Of a DNA stretch of 64,000 nucleotides, positions 14,150 to 26,805 are shown in pieces. The translations under genes were made by a program, and so were the position numbers. The stretch spans positions 35,340,001-35,404,000 of the forward strand of contig OZ287754.1 of assembly GCA_965649765.1 (NCBI GenBank). The letters run 5' to 3'. The first letter of the stretch is position 1. Every line of letters begins with the position of its first letter. The notes under the pieces are model-generated. The model did no database searches. It was given only the letters and a program-made list of their open reading frames with translations, and was not told the origin of the DNA. This DNA is from Bispira polyomma (lineage: Eukaryota).

Positions 14150-14343
14150 ACTTACAAGTTCCATTAACAGTAACAGTAAAGCTTTAGCTACTTCAGACAG
14201 AATGACAGTTGTCAATATTTTAAAATCAAAATTAAAAACATATTTGTTTGAAGAGTACTTTGCTGAACAATTTTATTCAGTTCATTGTGAAGTGCCTTGA
14301 ATAGCATTGGCTGATAAGGCGCTATACGAAAACCTTATGTTAT
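14150..14343 (+). mobile_element. L2 LINE 3' end (5'-truncated)
   Basis: FKSKLKTYLF-like ORF2 end followed by TGTGAAGTGCCTTGA...GATAAGGCGCTATAC, the L2 3' stem-loop signature. Confidence 0.7.
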
Positions 14344-16574
14344 GACAGAGGTAATGCTTATATTACTAGAATCGGCAAACGTACAAATTACCAGACGACT
14401 CAACCAAGTCGAAGCCAGGGGCCTCTTAATGCTACTCCATTACACATACCATGCGAGCCACTCCAGAACATTCCAACTTTTGACGGTAGAAATGTCCAGA
14501 TGGCTAGTGAAGCTACTCGAGTGTCGCCACTACTACCCAAAGCAATCTCTCTCACGATGTACTAAAACCATGGCTAATGTCAACACATCAGTCAACCAAT
14601 AGCTGGCCGTGTACAAAGCAAGACTCCTGATGGTTATACTGCGGAACCCCAGCATCGCTGGCCAAACGAGGGTTAGGCAGAGGAGAACCACTAGGAAACG
14701 TCTACAATTTAATGAACTCCCCCTCCCACAATGGGCAGCAGGCCAGCTCTTCAATATATCACAATTATCTGACATTTCTCTTATGAAACAGATGCTACTT
14801 TAAGTTACTTACTCACTTCTGGATGCAATATCCTTCCCCTAGCCTGCAGTTCGGGTAGCGAGGGCACACAACATGCAAGAGAAAACATGTCTGGACTGGT
14901 CAAACTCAACGCAATGGGCTATAAATAGGCTCAACATGTCGCAAATCACCCTTGCTAATTTCCATGTCACACAGGGAAAATAAAAACCGTATGTTACATG
15001 CAAGCAAATATTTTAATACCGGATCATGCAGCCATGATTGTCTACAGACACATCTATTCACCTTGTTATAAGCAAATAAATAAAGAAAACCATAACTTGG
15101 AATTTAAATGCCTGAAGGCAAATAGATCTAATATAGCAGTAAGGCAGTTAGTCCTAGAGCACTGTCATTCATTGAGAATGACTAGAGTAGTAGAAATTAT
15201 GTGGATACGGGTAAAAATTCCGTAATTGGCAAAGACAGTAGAGGTAGAGATGGTACAACCAACCTATATGATAGTTTATAACTCGGCATGACTAAAATAA
15301 AAATATGACATATTTTAGAAATCATGGTTGTGATTATACTCAACACATCCATAATATAAGTGATCACATAATGAAAGACTGCAATTTATATAGTGTATGC
15401 GAAGAACAGCATAATGTCACTGTTGGTAATAATGTAAGACAGGAAAATTTCTGGAAAATTTTCTACGTCTGTGACATTGTGGACAGGCTGGCCGGCTTAG
15501 ACATGGAACCTTATTCTTCTTCTGAAAATGAACATTTTAAGGACTTTATGATCACATTAAAACAATAGGCTTTCCAAACTTTCTGGGTGCGATTTTGAAT
15601 TCATTGGTCCTGACAGGGAGTTGGTCCACATTGAATCTATACAACAACAACAAATGTGCAAAGTTTCTAAAATCAAAAGGTCTACAGGAACTCCACACTA
15701 CAAGCAGGTTTGGGAAAGCATTACACTCCAACACTCAGACAAACTGATTGTCCAATAGTTTAAGTTTGAATTCCTCTTTCACTCGACATTCTCCACTTCT
15801 TACTTAACACGGACACTATAAATCACTCATCAGCTTTACAACATGAAGAGGCGGTCATAGCTTATTTTACCAAAGAAAAACAAAAAGGGGAAATGTTAGG
15901 CCAGAGACCAGTGTTGTAGACCAACATTTGTATTGTTCTCCTCTCCTTAACATACAAAAGGATATTGGCAAAAGACAAGTTATTTTAAACCTATCATACC
16001 CCCTCCCGGGTTTTAGTTAATGACCAAGTAGATAATCGCTTTGATGGCACTACTTTTTGATTAAACTTCTTCAATATTGACCACGTCACTCATGCCATTA
16101 ATGATATACATAAACCAACCATGTTTAAGGTCGGTGTGGCCTGCGCGTGTAGGAACTTGGGTGGCGACCCCGTGGAATCAATAAAATTCAGAATTAAATG
16201 GAATGAATATTATCAAATATAATAGCTGTCCATATAAATAGTCTGGGATATCAGCTTTATTGTTACATCGACGACTACATTTGCATCACTACAGAAGATA
16301 AGGCTAAGAAAGATTTTGCAATTCTATGTAAACTGTTAGATGGTTTAGCCTTCCCATGAGCCCAGACAAAGTTTGCACCCCTCCAGCTGTATTACACATT
16401 TAGGCATTGATACAGACGTTACAACAAATACCATTAGTATAACTAAAGAAAAAATTGAACAAGTACTCACAGACTGTAAGAAGGCACATCATAAATCTTG
16501 GCTGTCTCGTTCGAGATTTCAATTCCTACTGGGCAGGCTTCTTTACATACATAAATGTGTTAAACCTGCCAGGT

Positions 16575-17587
16575 ATCTGATCTGTATAATACTGGAAAAC
16601 CTCCTAATGGAGTAACACTTCCAGGAAGGGAGCGTGTGGTGGTATATATTTGGTGTACATTGACTTTTAGTCGAGCCTTGAACTGATCAAAAGAGGCACT
16701 ATTGAATATTTCACTGTTGAGGTTATTCCACACTGGTATTGTTTGTGGCAAGAATGAAATTTGTTGGCGTCCAGTTTGATCCAATAGTTCTATACTGCAG
16801 ATTGTGTTTCTTTCTGATGAAAGTGTATGGCCCCTCCAGGCATTCTTTTCTGCGTACTGCTACTGTTCCATTTACAATTTTGTAAAAAAAAAGAGACTGG
16901 CTTCGGTTCTTTTCTGCTCTAATGTTGCCCAGCCGAGTTGTTGTAACATCTGTGTTACACTGTGGCTCAAATCATAGTCCTGGCAGACAAAATGTGTACG
17001 CCTGCGTTGCACTGATTTAACTGACTTTATGTCTTTTTCTAAGTAGGAATTCCACACACATGATGCATATTCCAACTTTGAGCGAACCAAAGCTATGTAT
17101 GCCAACTCCTTTAGCTCTTTGGGACAGTTTAAAAGGTTGCCGCGACAGAAAATAAGCGTAGACTTAGCTTTACTGCATATGGCCAATATGTGTGCAGACC
17201 ATTTGGCATCATCACTGAGTAGTACTCCTAAATACGGATTTGTGTGATGTTCCTCTAAGATATGATTTCATAGAGTATAGGCAGTAATTATTGGAGATCG
17301 GCTCCTTGTAAGCCTCATCACATAATACTTAGCAGGGTTGAAGTACACCATCCAATTTTCAGCCCATTTTTCTAATGATAACAGATCTTCATGGAGCAAA
17401 AGTGCATCATTCCGTATTGGTGTGTATAGGAGTTTATTGTCTGCGAAGAGTCGGACCTGAGACTTAACACAATATGGAAGGTCATTGATATAGCAGAGAA
17501 AGAGAAGAGGCCCCAATACTAACCCTTGAGGGACACCTGTACTGACTGAAGCTTCAGTGGAAAACTCACCGTTTATAACAACTCTTT
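16575..17587 (-). mobile_element. 5'-truncated LINE (RTEX/CR1-like RT C-terminus)
   Basis: GVPQGLVLGPLLFLCYINDLP..VRLFADN; KLEYASCVWNSY..VQRR..FVCQDY..SVTQMLQQLGW; SFLPQTIPVWNNL. The Ngaro frame KCVKPAR|FMNSLLAVF resumes across it. Confidence 0.85.
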
Positions 17588-17701
17588 GTTTCATGAACAG
17601 TTTATTGGCTGTATTTAGGGCTTCTCCTGGAGCCAAAAACGTTATGGTTACAGATAATATCAAACATGACCTGTATTGGTTCATCAATTTCTTACACAAA
17701 T

Positions 17702-18345
17702 AATAATATACCAGATTTATATACCAGATTATATAGCGCCCTATCCATTCATAGAAATGCTCTAAAGCACTTTACAATATAACATTGAGTAAAAATAATT
17801 ATATAATGTTTGATAAAACAGTACTTTATTAAAATTTAACGACCCTGCTTACAGCTAGGGGTTTTACTAAGAAAAAAAAGTTAAAATTTGTTCTTTTAAA
17901 GTTATTTTGACTTTTTAATATATTTTATAAGCTGTTTTAAAAAAGAGCAAGTCCTTTTAGTGCCTTATATGTGTAGAGTAAGATCTTGTACTGTGGCCTG
18001 TACTTTACTGGAAGCCATTGCAAGTTGTAGAGAATTGTAAGTGTGATGTGATACCGTTTATGTGTAAGTGTTACAAGGCGAGCAGCACAATTCTGTATTA
18101 GTTGAAGACCAGTGAGTGACTTGGGAATACCATGGATTAATGCATTCCCATAGTCCAGATAAGAGATCACCAATGCTTGCACCAGTGTTTTACAGGCATC
18201 TTCTGTAATATATTTCCGGATTTGGCCGATATTTTACAACTGGTAGTAGCATGACTTTGATATAGCATTCACCTGTTTTTCCATTGTTAGGCCCCGGTCA
18301 AAAAATACTAAAAAATAAGGTTTTTCACTGATGTAGCAGTATGTG
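17702..18345 (-). mobile_element. 5'-truncated L2 LINE
   Basis: QALVISYLDYGNALIHGIP..LQLIQNCAARLV..LQWLPVKYR..YKILLYTYKAL. Minus-strand tail TGTAAAGTGCTTTAGAGC...GGCGCTATATAA..TATTATTA. Possible ACAAATA TSD. Confidence 0.85.
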
Positions 18346-18949
18346 TACAAATACAATGGTATAAAATATATCAACCCGGATTTATTCAAGCAAATGAAAA
18401 ACTACACTTTGATGCCTGCTTATAACAGGCATGGGGGAAATCTGGGGCTCTGAAATTTATCACTCACCCATTATCACTCACCCATGATTTATGGTCAACC
18501 ATTAGCCATTACTCAATTGAAAATGCTAAACATAGTCAATACCCTCAGAGTCTTGGGCAACAGAGATGGGCCCATCAGCGGATTGCATTTAATTGTGACA
18601 ATATGGCAGTGGTCTTGGTCATTAGGACCGGGAAACTCAGGGACGTCTTCATTGCTGCTTGTATTAGGAATATCTGGCTTATTAACTCCATACACAACAT
18701 TACATTACGCATATAGTCCCGTGAATTTGTGTAAAAAAATAGGCCAATCTGGAAACAATTACAACATAATTTTTGGGGATTGCATAAGATAGAGAAATAT
18801 TTAACTGATCACATACTAAAATATAGGAAAATATAATGGATAAAAATCTATATATTTTTACATGTCTACGTGGAATTTATGTTTTTTTTTGTGGTCAATA
18901 CCCAATGTGTTGGATGGTGACTCAAGTGATAATCTTACAAAAGAAGAAG

Positions 18950-19150
18950 ATTTGAGATTCTGATAATTAGATCCTTCCTGAAGAAGTATCTGGTCGGATC
19001 AAACTGGGCCCTGGAGTGTGGGGCAAAGTTAGACATCTTGAAAAAGCCATAAAAGGCAACTAAGAATGGGTCCCTATATAAAATGGGATCATGGAGAAAG
19101 GAACACGCTGAAAAAATTTTGTGGAACTGAAAATATTCTTTTGGGGCAGG
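18950..19150 (-). pseudogene. Tyrosine recombinase fragment, inverted relative to the adjacent Ngaro copy
   Basis: LHDPILYRDPFLVAFYGFFKMSNFAPHSRAQFDPTRYFFRKDL matches the YR at ~48300-48430 (LNDPILYRAIFLVSFFGFLRMSNIAP). Confidence 0.8.
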
Positions 19151-19720
19151 GCCTGAAGGAAAAATGATAATCAAACCCCTCAGGTACAATGAAATCCCCT
19201 AAAACTTGGCGAGCATAAAGTGTTACACATTTGTTCAAGTAAAGAAGCTTACCAAGTAAAGATTAAAATTTTCTCAGAGATATACAGCTGGGCATTTGGC
19301 AATAACACTGAGAAAAATGCTATTCTGGTTCAAATATTCCAGAAATGCCAAAAATTGTGTTTAGATTTATGGTATGTTTGCATTATTACATGTGACCTTT
19401 GGGTGGATAAATTCCTTATTGAAATATATATATATATATATATACATTTGGAGATCACCTTTATTTGAACATTTACCAGAGTTATAAAATATATGCATGT
19501 AAGGCGAAGGAATGTGATGGCTTCGAGCCTGGATGTTGGCTAGGGTTACCTGTGATGCACTGTGTCCACTGTAGACTTTTTGATTTTTCAACCAAAAGAA
19601 TAATAGGCCAAGGATCCAAATTGTGTTACATAATTGGAGATACATTTGTAATCTTGATCACCTCATCTTTGGAAAACGAGTAAAACTATGCATTTTAATA
19701 GGTTTATGGGGAACTGTATG

Positions 19721-19871
19721 AGGCAGCGCCCCAGCGCCGACGATTTCAATTTTGGGGTACCAGTCTATTTGTAATGCTTGAGTGACTGCGGCCCACTATA
19801 AAAGGCCAGCTATTTAAATGCTCCCGCCTCTTTAACAATAGACGTTCACAGAACAACAACTTTTTGAAACA
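19721..19871 (+). repeat. Split direct repeat A1 (contains TATAAAA)
   Basis: Close match to 23521-23679 (AGGCAGCGCCCCA...TTTTTGAAACA). Confidence 0.9.
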
Positions 19872-22800
19872 AGAAGCCAGAAATTTCTGGAAATTTTATG
19901 TTGAATTTACAATTGTTCCTCGTTTTATCATTTTAAGCTTTTACTATTTTACATATTGTGTGTGTTACTATGCCTCCAGTATTTAATTGTTCGAAATGCC
20001 CTGGAAAACATGCCAGACCTGTTGGTGCTGCCTGTACTCTAGCGGCTGCTGGTGAGGGATCTTCTACCAACGCTGAACACATTGATCAATCCAATGTTGA
20101 TTTCTCCACTACAGATATTGGGGTAAATAATCAAATGTTGTTGCAACTTCAATCAATGAGTGCCATGATGGAAAGGATGGATCAGCGTGTTCAACTGACT
20201 GAAGCAGCATTGGCGGGAGATCATACCAAAAATCAGGCCAGTAATTCTACTCATATTAGTAGAAGTAGTAGTAGTTCTGTGAACAGTAATTCTGAAGCTT
20301 CGGCTCCTGAAAATGTAATACCTACTGTAGATTTTCTATGCACAAATGCTGAAATACAGTCAGGTCGATTTGCGTTTGGCTGAACTTAAGAGAATTAACG
20401 AGAGTCCCAGCCAAAGTAAATTGAAATCTAGGCGGGGGTGTTGATATTATTGTCAAACGGGTGGTCAAATGGCCACAAAATCATGTCTTAACCGGTAACT
20501 TTCGCACAAGAACCACCTATGACGACTTCTCTATCGCTCAATGGGTTTGTGGTTTTACGAGAATTGTACAAGACGAAAAGTGTAGTGAAATTAAAGAGAT
20601 TATGTTGGACTATGTCAAATTTAATGGAGGATTCAGAAGATTTCTCCTGGGAGGCAGCTAAAGCTTGCCACGCGGTGGTTTTGACTCAAATGGAGATGGA
20701 CTAGTTAAAGTGGTTGAAAGTAGACAAGCTCGATAGATTGAGAAGGGTACATGCGCAAAGACACGTTACTAGCAGTAATGCGGGCCAAAGTATCAGTAGT
20801 CGTGGTCCCAATAAATCTAGTCAAAATTCTAAACAAACCACAGCAAATTGCAAGTTCTTCCAGGAGGGAACCTGTAAATACCCCAATAGCCATAAGACTG
20901 GTAGTACTTATTTCAAGCACGTTTGTGAGACATGTGGGGGTACACATAAAAGTAGCACATGCAGTAGAAAGAGTTAAAAAAACTAGGTGGCCACTGCGTA
21001 ACTGCAGTGGACAAGTCTGTTTTTAGTCGGGTGTTTTATAACTCTAGCTTCTAGGAGTTACAGTTATTTAATAAGCAAAATCGGGATAGAATGTTCGTAT
21101 ATAGTAGAGGTAGACGAATGTGAATAATAAACAACAAAATAATGTATGTACTAATGTACCAGAAAGTCGAAAAAAGATTCAAGAATGTAAATTTTTAATA
21201 ACAAGAGGGATGCATCTACAACCCAGAACCGGCACAATTACAAGGGTTCACAACTAGCCATGTCCTCCCAACTAAATGCAGATAAGTGGACGAGTTACCT
21301 TGAACATTATTGGGATTGGCAACTTCACCTTATAGTTAAGTATGGGTTCCCCTTAGACGTAACACGGGAAAATATTAGCCAGTCTGAGAAGTTCGGCGGA
21401 CAAGTTCTCGGAACATGTAGATACATATTTGCAAGATGAGTGTCAATTCGGGGCCATATTAGGCCCCTATACTGAACCCCCTATCAAAGACTTACATTGT
21501 TCACCCATGATGACCCGCGATAAATCTAGCTCAACTAACAGAAGAGTCATAGTGGATTTGATTTGGCCACATGGTCACTCAGTAAATGCAGGGGCTTCTG
21601 CCACTTCTTATTTGGAAACATAATTCCTTCTTTCTTACCCGTCGATAGATAATATAACAAATGAAGCTTTCAGAGTTGGAAAAGGTTGTAAAATATTTAA
21701 AGTAGACATCAGTAGGGCCTTTCGTCACATCCCTATTGACCTGGGTGACATAGATTTGCTAGGCTTAAATTGGAAAAATTATTATGTTGATAAGTGTCTT
21801 CCGTTCGGCTACCAGAACAGAAGCACTATATTCCAACAATTATCGGACACAGTCAGATTTATCATGATGTCAGAGGGTTACAACATACACAACTATATAG
21901 AAAATTTTTTGGCCGTGAATTTACCCAGTAAAATTGGGTGCATTTATGAACGTCTTCAGATTCTACTATCTGAACTCGGTTTGACCATCAGTAGTAAGAA
22001 ACTTGTGGCCCCCAGCACACAGGTTGTCTGCTTGGGAATCATGGTAAATACAGAAAAATTTACAAATTGCATTCCCGATGATAATCTAACGGAAATTAGA
22101 GAAAAGTGTGCTAGCTGGAAAACTAAGACCCAATGCACAAAAAGGGAATTGGAATCATTACTGGGTTCATTACTGTATGTCGCAAAATGCATAAAATATG
22201 CCCCAGTATTCTTGAATAGAATGTTGCAATTACTGCATTTGTGGAAACCAAGTTTATCAGCTAAAAGTACCTAACCACATGACAAGCAACAATATAGCAT
22301 CATTGGAGATGATAAATATTCTTGTGGCCCTCAAACTTTGGTCTAGGGACTGGATTGGAAAAAAGGTGTTATTTAAGTGTGACAACCAAGCAGTTGTCAG
22401 CGTTCTAGAAACCGGACGTACCCAAGATCCTGTATTGGCTGCATACCCACGAAACATTTACATGCGGGCTAGTCGCTTTGATATCGAAATTAGAGTAATT
22501 TATATAATGGGAATTAAAAACAAAATTGCAGACCTACTCTCCCAGTGGGATAAAACAAGTAATAATAAGCAGTTACTCGAGCAGTGTGCTGGTCCTCTCA
22601 TCTGGTTACAAACAGATGAGAAATTGCTGGAAATAGACATGACTATTTAAATCTGTAATATGTGTTGTCTCTGTTTCAGGCATGCACCCTGTTGACTCAC
22701 TGCTTACAAGTAGAGCTTGTCAGAGGCTACACTCTGCCTTTTGTTGCTTCCACAGCAAGAGCATACGACAACATGTTCAAGATATTCATTGCCTTTGTGG

Positions 22801-23520
22801 CCTTTATGGGTTGGCCCCCCCACTCAGGTGAATGTATTCAGGCTTTTGTCTTTTCTAGAGTTCTTAAATCATAATTCTGCGTCGTCGGCTCAAATAATAA
22901 ATTACTTGTCTGCTGTGAAGGCTAAATGTATTATGTACCATGTAAATGTGGACTGATTTGCAGATCCTAGGGTGTCATATTTTAACCGAGCCCTTGCAGT
23001 TAATAGACCCCTGCAGGTAAAATTGAAAAGTATCTTTCCATTGCTAAAACCGTTAATTGCTAAGTGTGACTATACATAATTGGGACAAATTTTCAAGGCA
23101 ATTTTTATAAGATTGTCAAATTTATGACCCCACTCTGTTGCAGCTTATTCTCCCTTAAAACACCTAGCTGTAATGTTACTCATCAAATGGTCTAAAACAA
23201 TGCAAACAAATAATGCTATCAGGTTGTTAACACTTCCAGATATACCTAATTCCAGCCTGTGTCCGGTAGCAGCTTTGAGGAATGTTCTTGCCTTAACTCC
23301 CTCGGGTAGCAACGCCCCCTTGTTTCAGTTTAAGGTTGGAAGCTCTTGGGATCCCATGACTGACACTCGTGTCCAACGTTATCTGAAAAATGTACTCCAA
23401 TTGTTGGGTGGCCACCAGGCGAATCTGACCTTCCACTCCTTTCGACGTTCAGATGCCACATTTGCGTTTAATAACAACGTCAACCAGCAGGACATTCCAC
23501 GTCACAGCACCTACTCTCCC

Positions 23521-23679
23521 AGGCAGCGCCCCAACGCCCCAACGCCGACAATTTCACTTCTGGGGTACCAGTCTGATTGTAATGCTTGAGTGACTGCAGC
23601 CGACTATAAAAGGCCAGCCATATAAATGCTCCTGCCTCTTTAACAATAAACGTTCACAGAACAACAACTTTTTGAAACA
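23521..23679 (+). repeat. Split direct repeat A2
   Basis: Direct copy of 19721-19871 with a small internal duplication; followed by CCCACCCTTCCCTTCCC. Confidence 0.9.
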
Positions 23680-24432
23680 CCCACCCTTCCCTTCCCTATT
23701 TAATCATTATTTTATAGTTTCAGGTGGTATCATGGAGGAATATTATCAGAATGTTGGTACTTCCATCTTTGTAATGACCTTGGGACTTGTTCCCTTGGTT
23801 TCCACGTTGCTCTGACGTCCTCATCCCAAGCGCCTTGCCGGTGTGCATGTTGAGGTTGTGTTGTTTACCATCAGGCCAGTGGAACGACCTTTAGACCTTT
23901 TGACCGACTGGGCTTGGTCGTCGTTAGGGTTGTATGTGTGGTCGTCTGTGCTAAGTTCGTGTGGAAGGAAGTGCTCAACTAGTGTTAAATAAATCATATA
24001 TGTTACAAGTAAATGCCAGTCTCTTTGCTGGCTTTCTCACGTGAGTGGTTGTATTTTTTAGTTAAAGGACCACATTGTTCGGTCAAGTAGGACTGGAGCA
24101 GTGAGCGAGAGTGAGAAAGTTTCAGCATAGTGGAACTTTGAGAATGGCCGTTATAACCCATTCGCCAGCCCAAGGGTTTTCAAGAACTATGATGCAGTGA
24201 GTGAGGGCGTCACTGCGTAAATCATGTTTACCTTGCCAGTAAACGCGCTGTCTCCTGGAAGTTGTTTTACCAGTAGTTGTTATGACCTTATACTATTACA
24301 TTGATTTTTTATTTTTAACTAACTTTATTTTATTTTACATTATTAGTGGTCTGGCTTTTCTGGTCAGCTGAAAAAGAAATAACATGTATATAATTAATGT
24401 ATAATAAACGATAAATCTGGGTAGTGAAAAAC

Positions 24433-24800
24433 ACTGCCTGGCTGGGGCATAAGGTCAACCTAACCTCTAGTACATAATGTACCCATAAGGTCAACCCAAC
24501 CTCAGGTACATAACATACTCATTTACAGTACTTATTCATTATTACATATTTGGGCTCTGCTTAAACTCAACTTAGGGCCAACATATGGTCCCCTTATCTC
24601 GCATACCTCAAAATTTAATACTGTTCTGAAACTTAAGTTAGGGTCAACTTAGGCTGTCCCTAACTTAATCTATGGTCACCTTAGTTTGTCCCTTCTTGCA
24701 AATTAATCTTAATATGAGGTAACCTTATGCTAAACTTAAATTAATTTGAGGTGACCTTATGGCATCCTTAAACTTACTTAAGTTTACCTTATGCCCACAA
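24433..24800. mobile_element. MITE-like element built of TAAGGTCACCTTA-type palindromes
   Basis: GGGCATAAGGTCAAC near the left end and its near reverse complement GTTTACCTTATGCCC (24782-24796) at the right end; many internal motif copies. Confidence 0.6.
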
Positions 24801-25954
24801 CTAAAAGCTGAAACTGTATTTTTATAAAGTAGTCATTGACATGCTAGTCACTAATAAACTTTGCCGCAAGTCTTTTTCATTGTGTTACAATTTAAGGCAG
24901 TGTACTTGCCAGATAATCGAACCTAGTTTCTGACCTCATCTGTCCTAACTCTGAGGATATTTTCATCAATCCATCCAGCTACATTATTCCGTGTTACTTT
25001 CCCGGTACATATGAGCAACAATATGTATCAATAATAAGGCAATAAAATTCCACATATACTCCTTTTGAAGTGAGTCTCTTTAGTGTCAGCTAGAACGTGT
25101 TTCCCCTCATTAGATGTTACGAAATTGGCCATATCTGTTTCACTTTTTAGTTACTTAAGCACGCTTAATGTACTGAATTAAAAGACTTTTTCCTTGAAGG
25201 TTCACGAACAGTTTCCTGAGAATTCGTTTATGGAAATTTTACCGACCTTTTTTTTCTCTACCTGTCAACAAATCTTTCAACCAAATAAGATTAAAAAAAT
25301 AAGACCAAAAATGCTAAGCAGATATTTAACTTTCTTATATTCTGGCCTTTGTCGCTGGCATAATGGATTTGCATAACGGCAATAAACACATAACAAACCA
25401 TGAAATAAACCTAACAAAGATTGTCATTTCATGCTTTCAATGCTTCATTTATCCTCTCCTGCTTTTTAAAAGGAAATCAAATAAAAACAATAGAAGGATT
25501 AATGGAAGAAGGGGAAGTCAGCCTAAGTGGCTGCACAATACAGCATTTATTTATCTTATTTTTTCAAAGAACTCTAAATTCTTTGGTCTGTCTGCTGAAA
25601 CAAGCACACTCCTGGAAATGAGATGTTTTACAGCAGCAAATATAATATTTTATGTGAAGAATATAAATAAAGGCTTGACCTATCTTGTGATGACGTGAGA
25701 TCATACTTTAACAGTTGTAATCAGTAGCATGTGGGTGTACTTACTGCAGTAGGTATATTTAGCTCAAAATGTGCAGTAAAAATCAACACTTACTGGAAAG
25801 TGTAGCACCAGGAAGACCTGTCATTACTGAAGATCTATTGGTGGGAAAGACATGCTTAAACAAGAAATATGAAAGTTAAAATTTGAAAACAAACATGGAT
25901 AAATCTGAACTTAATACAAAATAAAACTATATTAGGTCTGACATGGGTGCAAGG

Positions 25955-26085
25955 TCCTTGGTGGTGTGTGGTAACATGCTTGCCTCCCCTTCTGCAGTAG
26001 TAGGTTTGAATCTCGCCCTCGGATTGTATGTGGGAAAGTTGGCAGTAGAGCAGGTAAACTGCCCCATTCTGATTTCCTTCCATCG
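25955..26085 (+). mobile_element. Decayed tRNA-derived SINE fragment
   Basis: TGGTGTGTGGTAA (A-box-like), GGTTTGAATC (B-box-like), then GTATGTGGGAAAG shared with the SINE at 1571. Confidence 0.55.
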
Positions 26086-26805
26086 AACTGTCTATCATGA
26101 TATGACACAAAACTAAACATGGGTACATAAGGCTTGACACAGCAACATCAAAACATATTGTCCTATACTCAGCAATCAAACACCTAACGATATCATCCTT
26201 GTTTAAATAATGAAGAAATACATTCATTTTACAATATAGTAAATCCTTTGTAATAGATTTAATTATGTAATATGCTAAAGGTGTCATTTATATATAAATT
26301 AAGTTTTGTGGATCATTTTACAATAGTTTATTATCAAATTAAATCACATGCGTTATTATTTCCAGTGAAGCTTAAAAGCAGATTTGCATAGGTGTGTACG
26401 TACACTTAAGAAAAGGTTTTACAGTCAATTAAATGAGGGGCTCCCACTATAGAAAGTTAGAAAAACAATGCTGGTGTGTCTATGGCGATTAGTCTGTCGC
26501 AGAGAGATCCCTAGATAGAAAACTCTAGTTACAATGATTTCCATCTGAAAATCTGGGTAAGCGTCAATATTCACGGCCATTGCAGAAATTTAGAAAAAAC
26601 TTAAATTTCCGTAATACACATCGCTCAGCAGGGGGTATCGTACTCATACCCACTCATACACAATAAATGCAGAATACTCTCACAGCACACATGTAACCTA
26701 ACTTACACACGTGGGAGATACCTAGAAGGTAAAAACATATCGCGGCATGAATTCCTTTGATAAAATCCAGGTGTGAACCTGGGATCTGTTATCTGTTACA
26801 CACAA

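Larger units (their letters stand above)
13760..18850 (+). mobile_element. Decayed Ngaro-like YR retrotransposon (same family as the 43760-48900 copy), split by three LINE insertions
   Basis: Gag start MGRTK*TP (14044); gag motif RWPNEG...FNELPLPQWAAGQLFNISQ; RT MFKVGVA..RNL, CYIDDY, LLGRLLYIHKCVKPAR; RNase H LHFDAC, ITQLKMLNIV, FNCDNMAVV..TGKLRD. Confidence 0.85.
19696..24300 (+). mobile_element. Ngaro-like YR retrotransposon, internally deleted (3' end approximate)
   Basis: Direct repeats A1/A2; gag ~19970-20986 with C-terminal C/H zinc motifs (CKFFQEGTC..H..HVCETCGGTH..C); RT ~21250-22250 (CSPMMTRDK, FKVDISRAFRH, LPFG, NYIENF); RNase H 22279-22650; YR 22680-23510 (FHSFRRS). All ORFs disrupted. 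Confidence 0.9.

Noticed and set aside
25815-25860. Hammerhead-like core CTGAAGA...GAAA
   Set aside because: Stem II lacks the conserved closing pair and no stem I/III with an NUH site can be formed.
25194-26287. Several 60-143 aa ORFs in AT-rich DNA
   Set aside because: No recognisable motifs, overlap a SINE remnant; consistent with chance ORFs.
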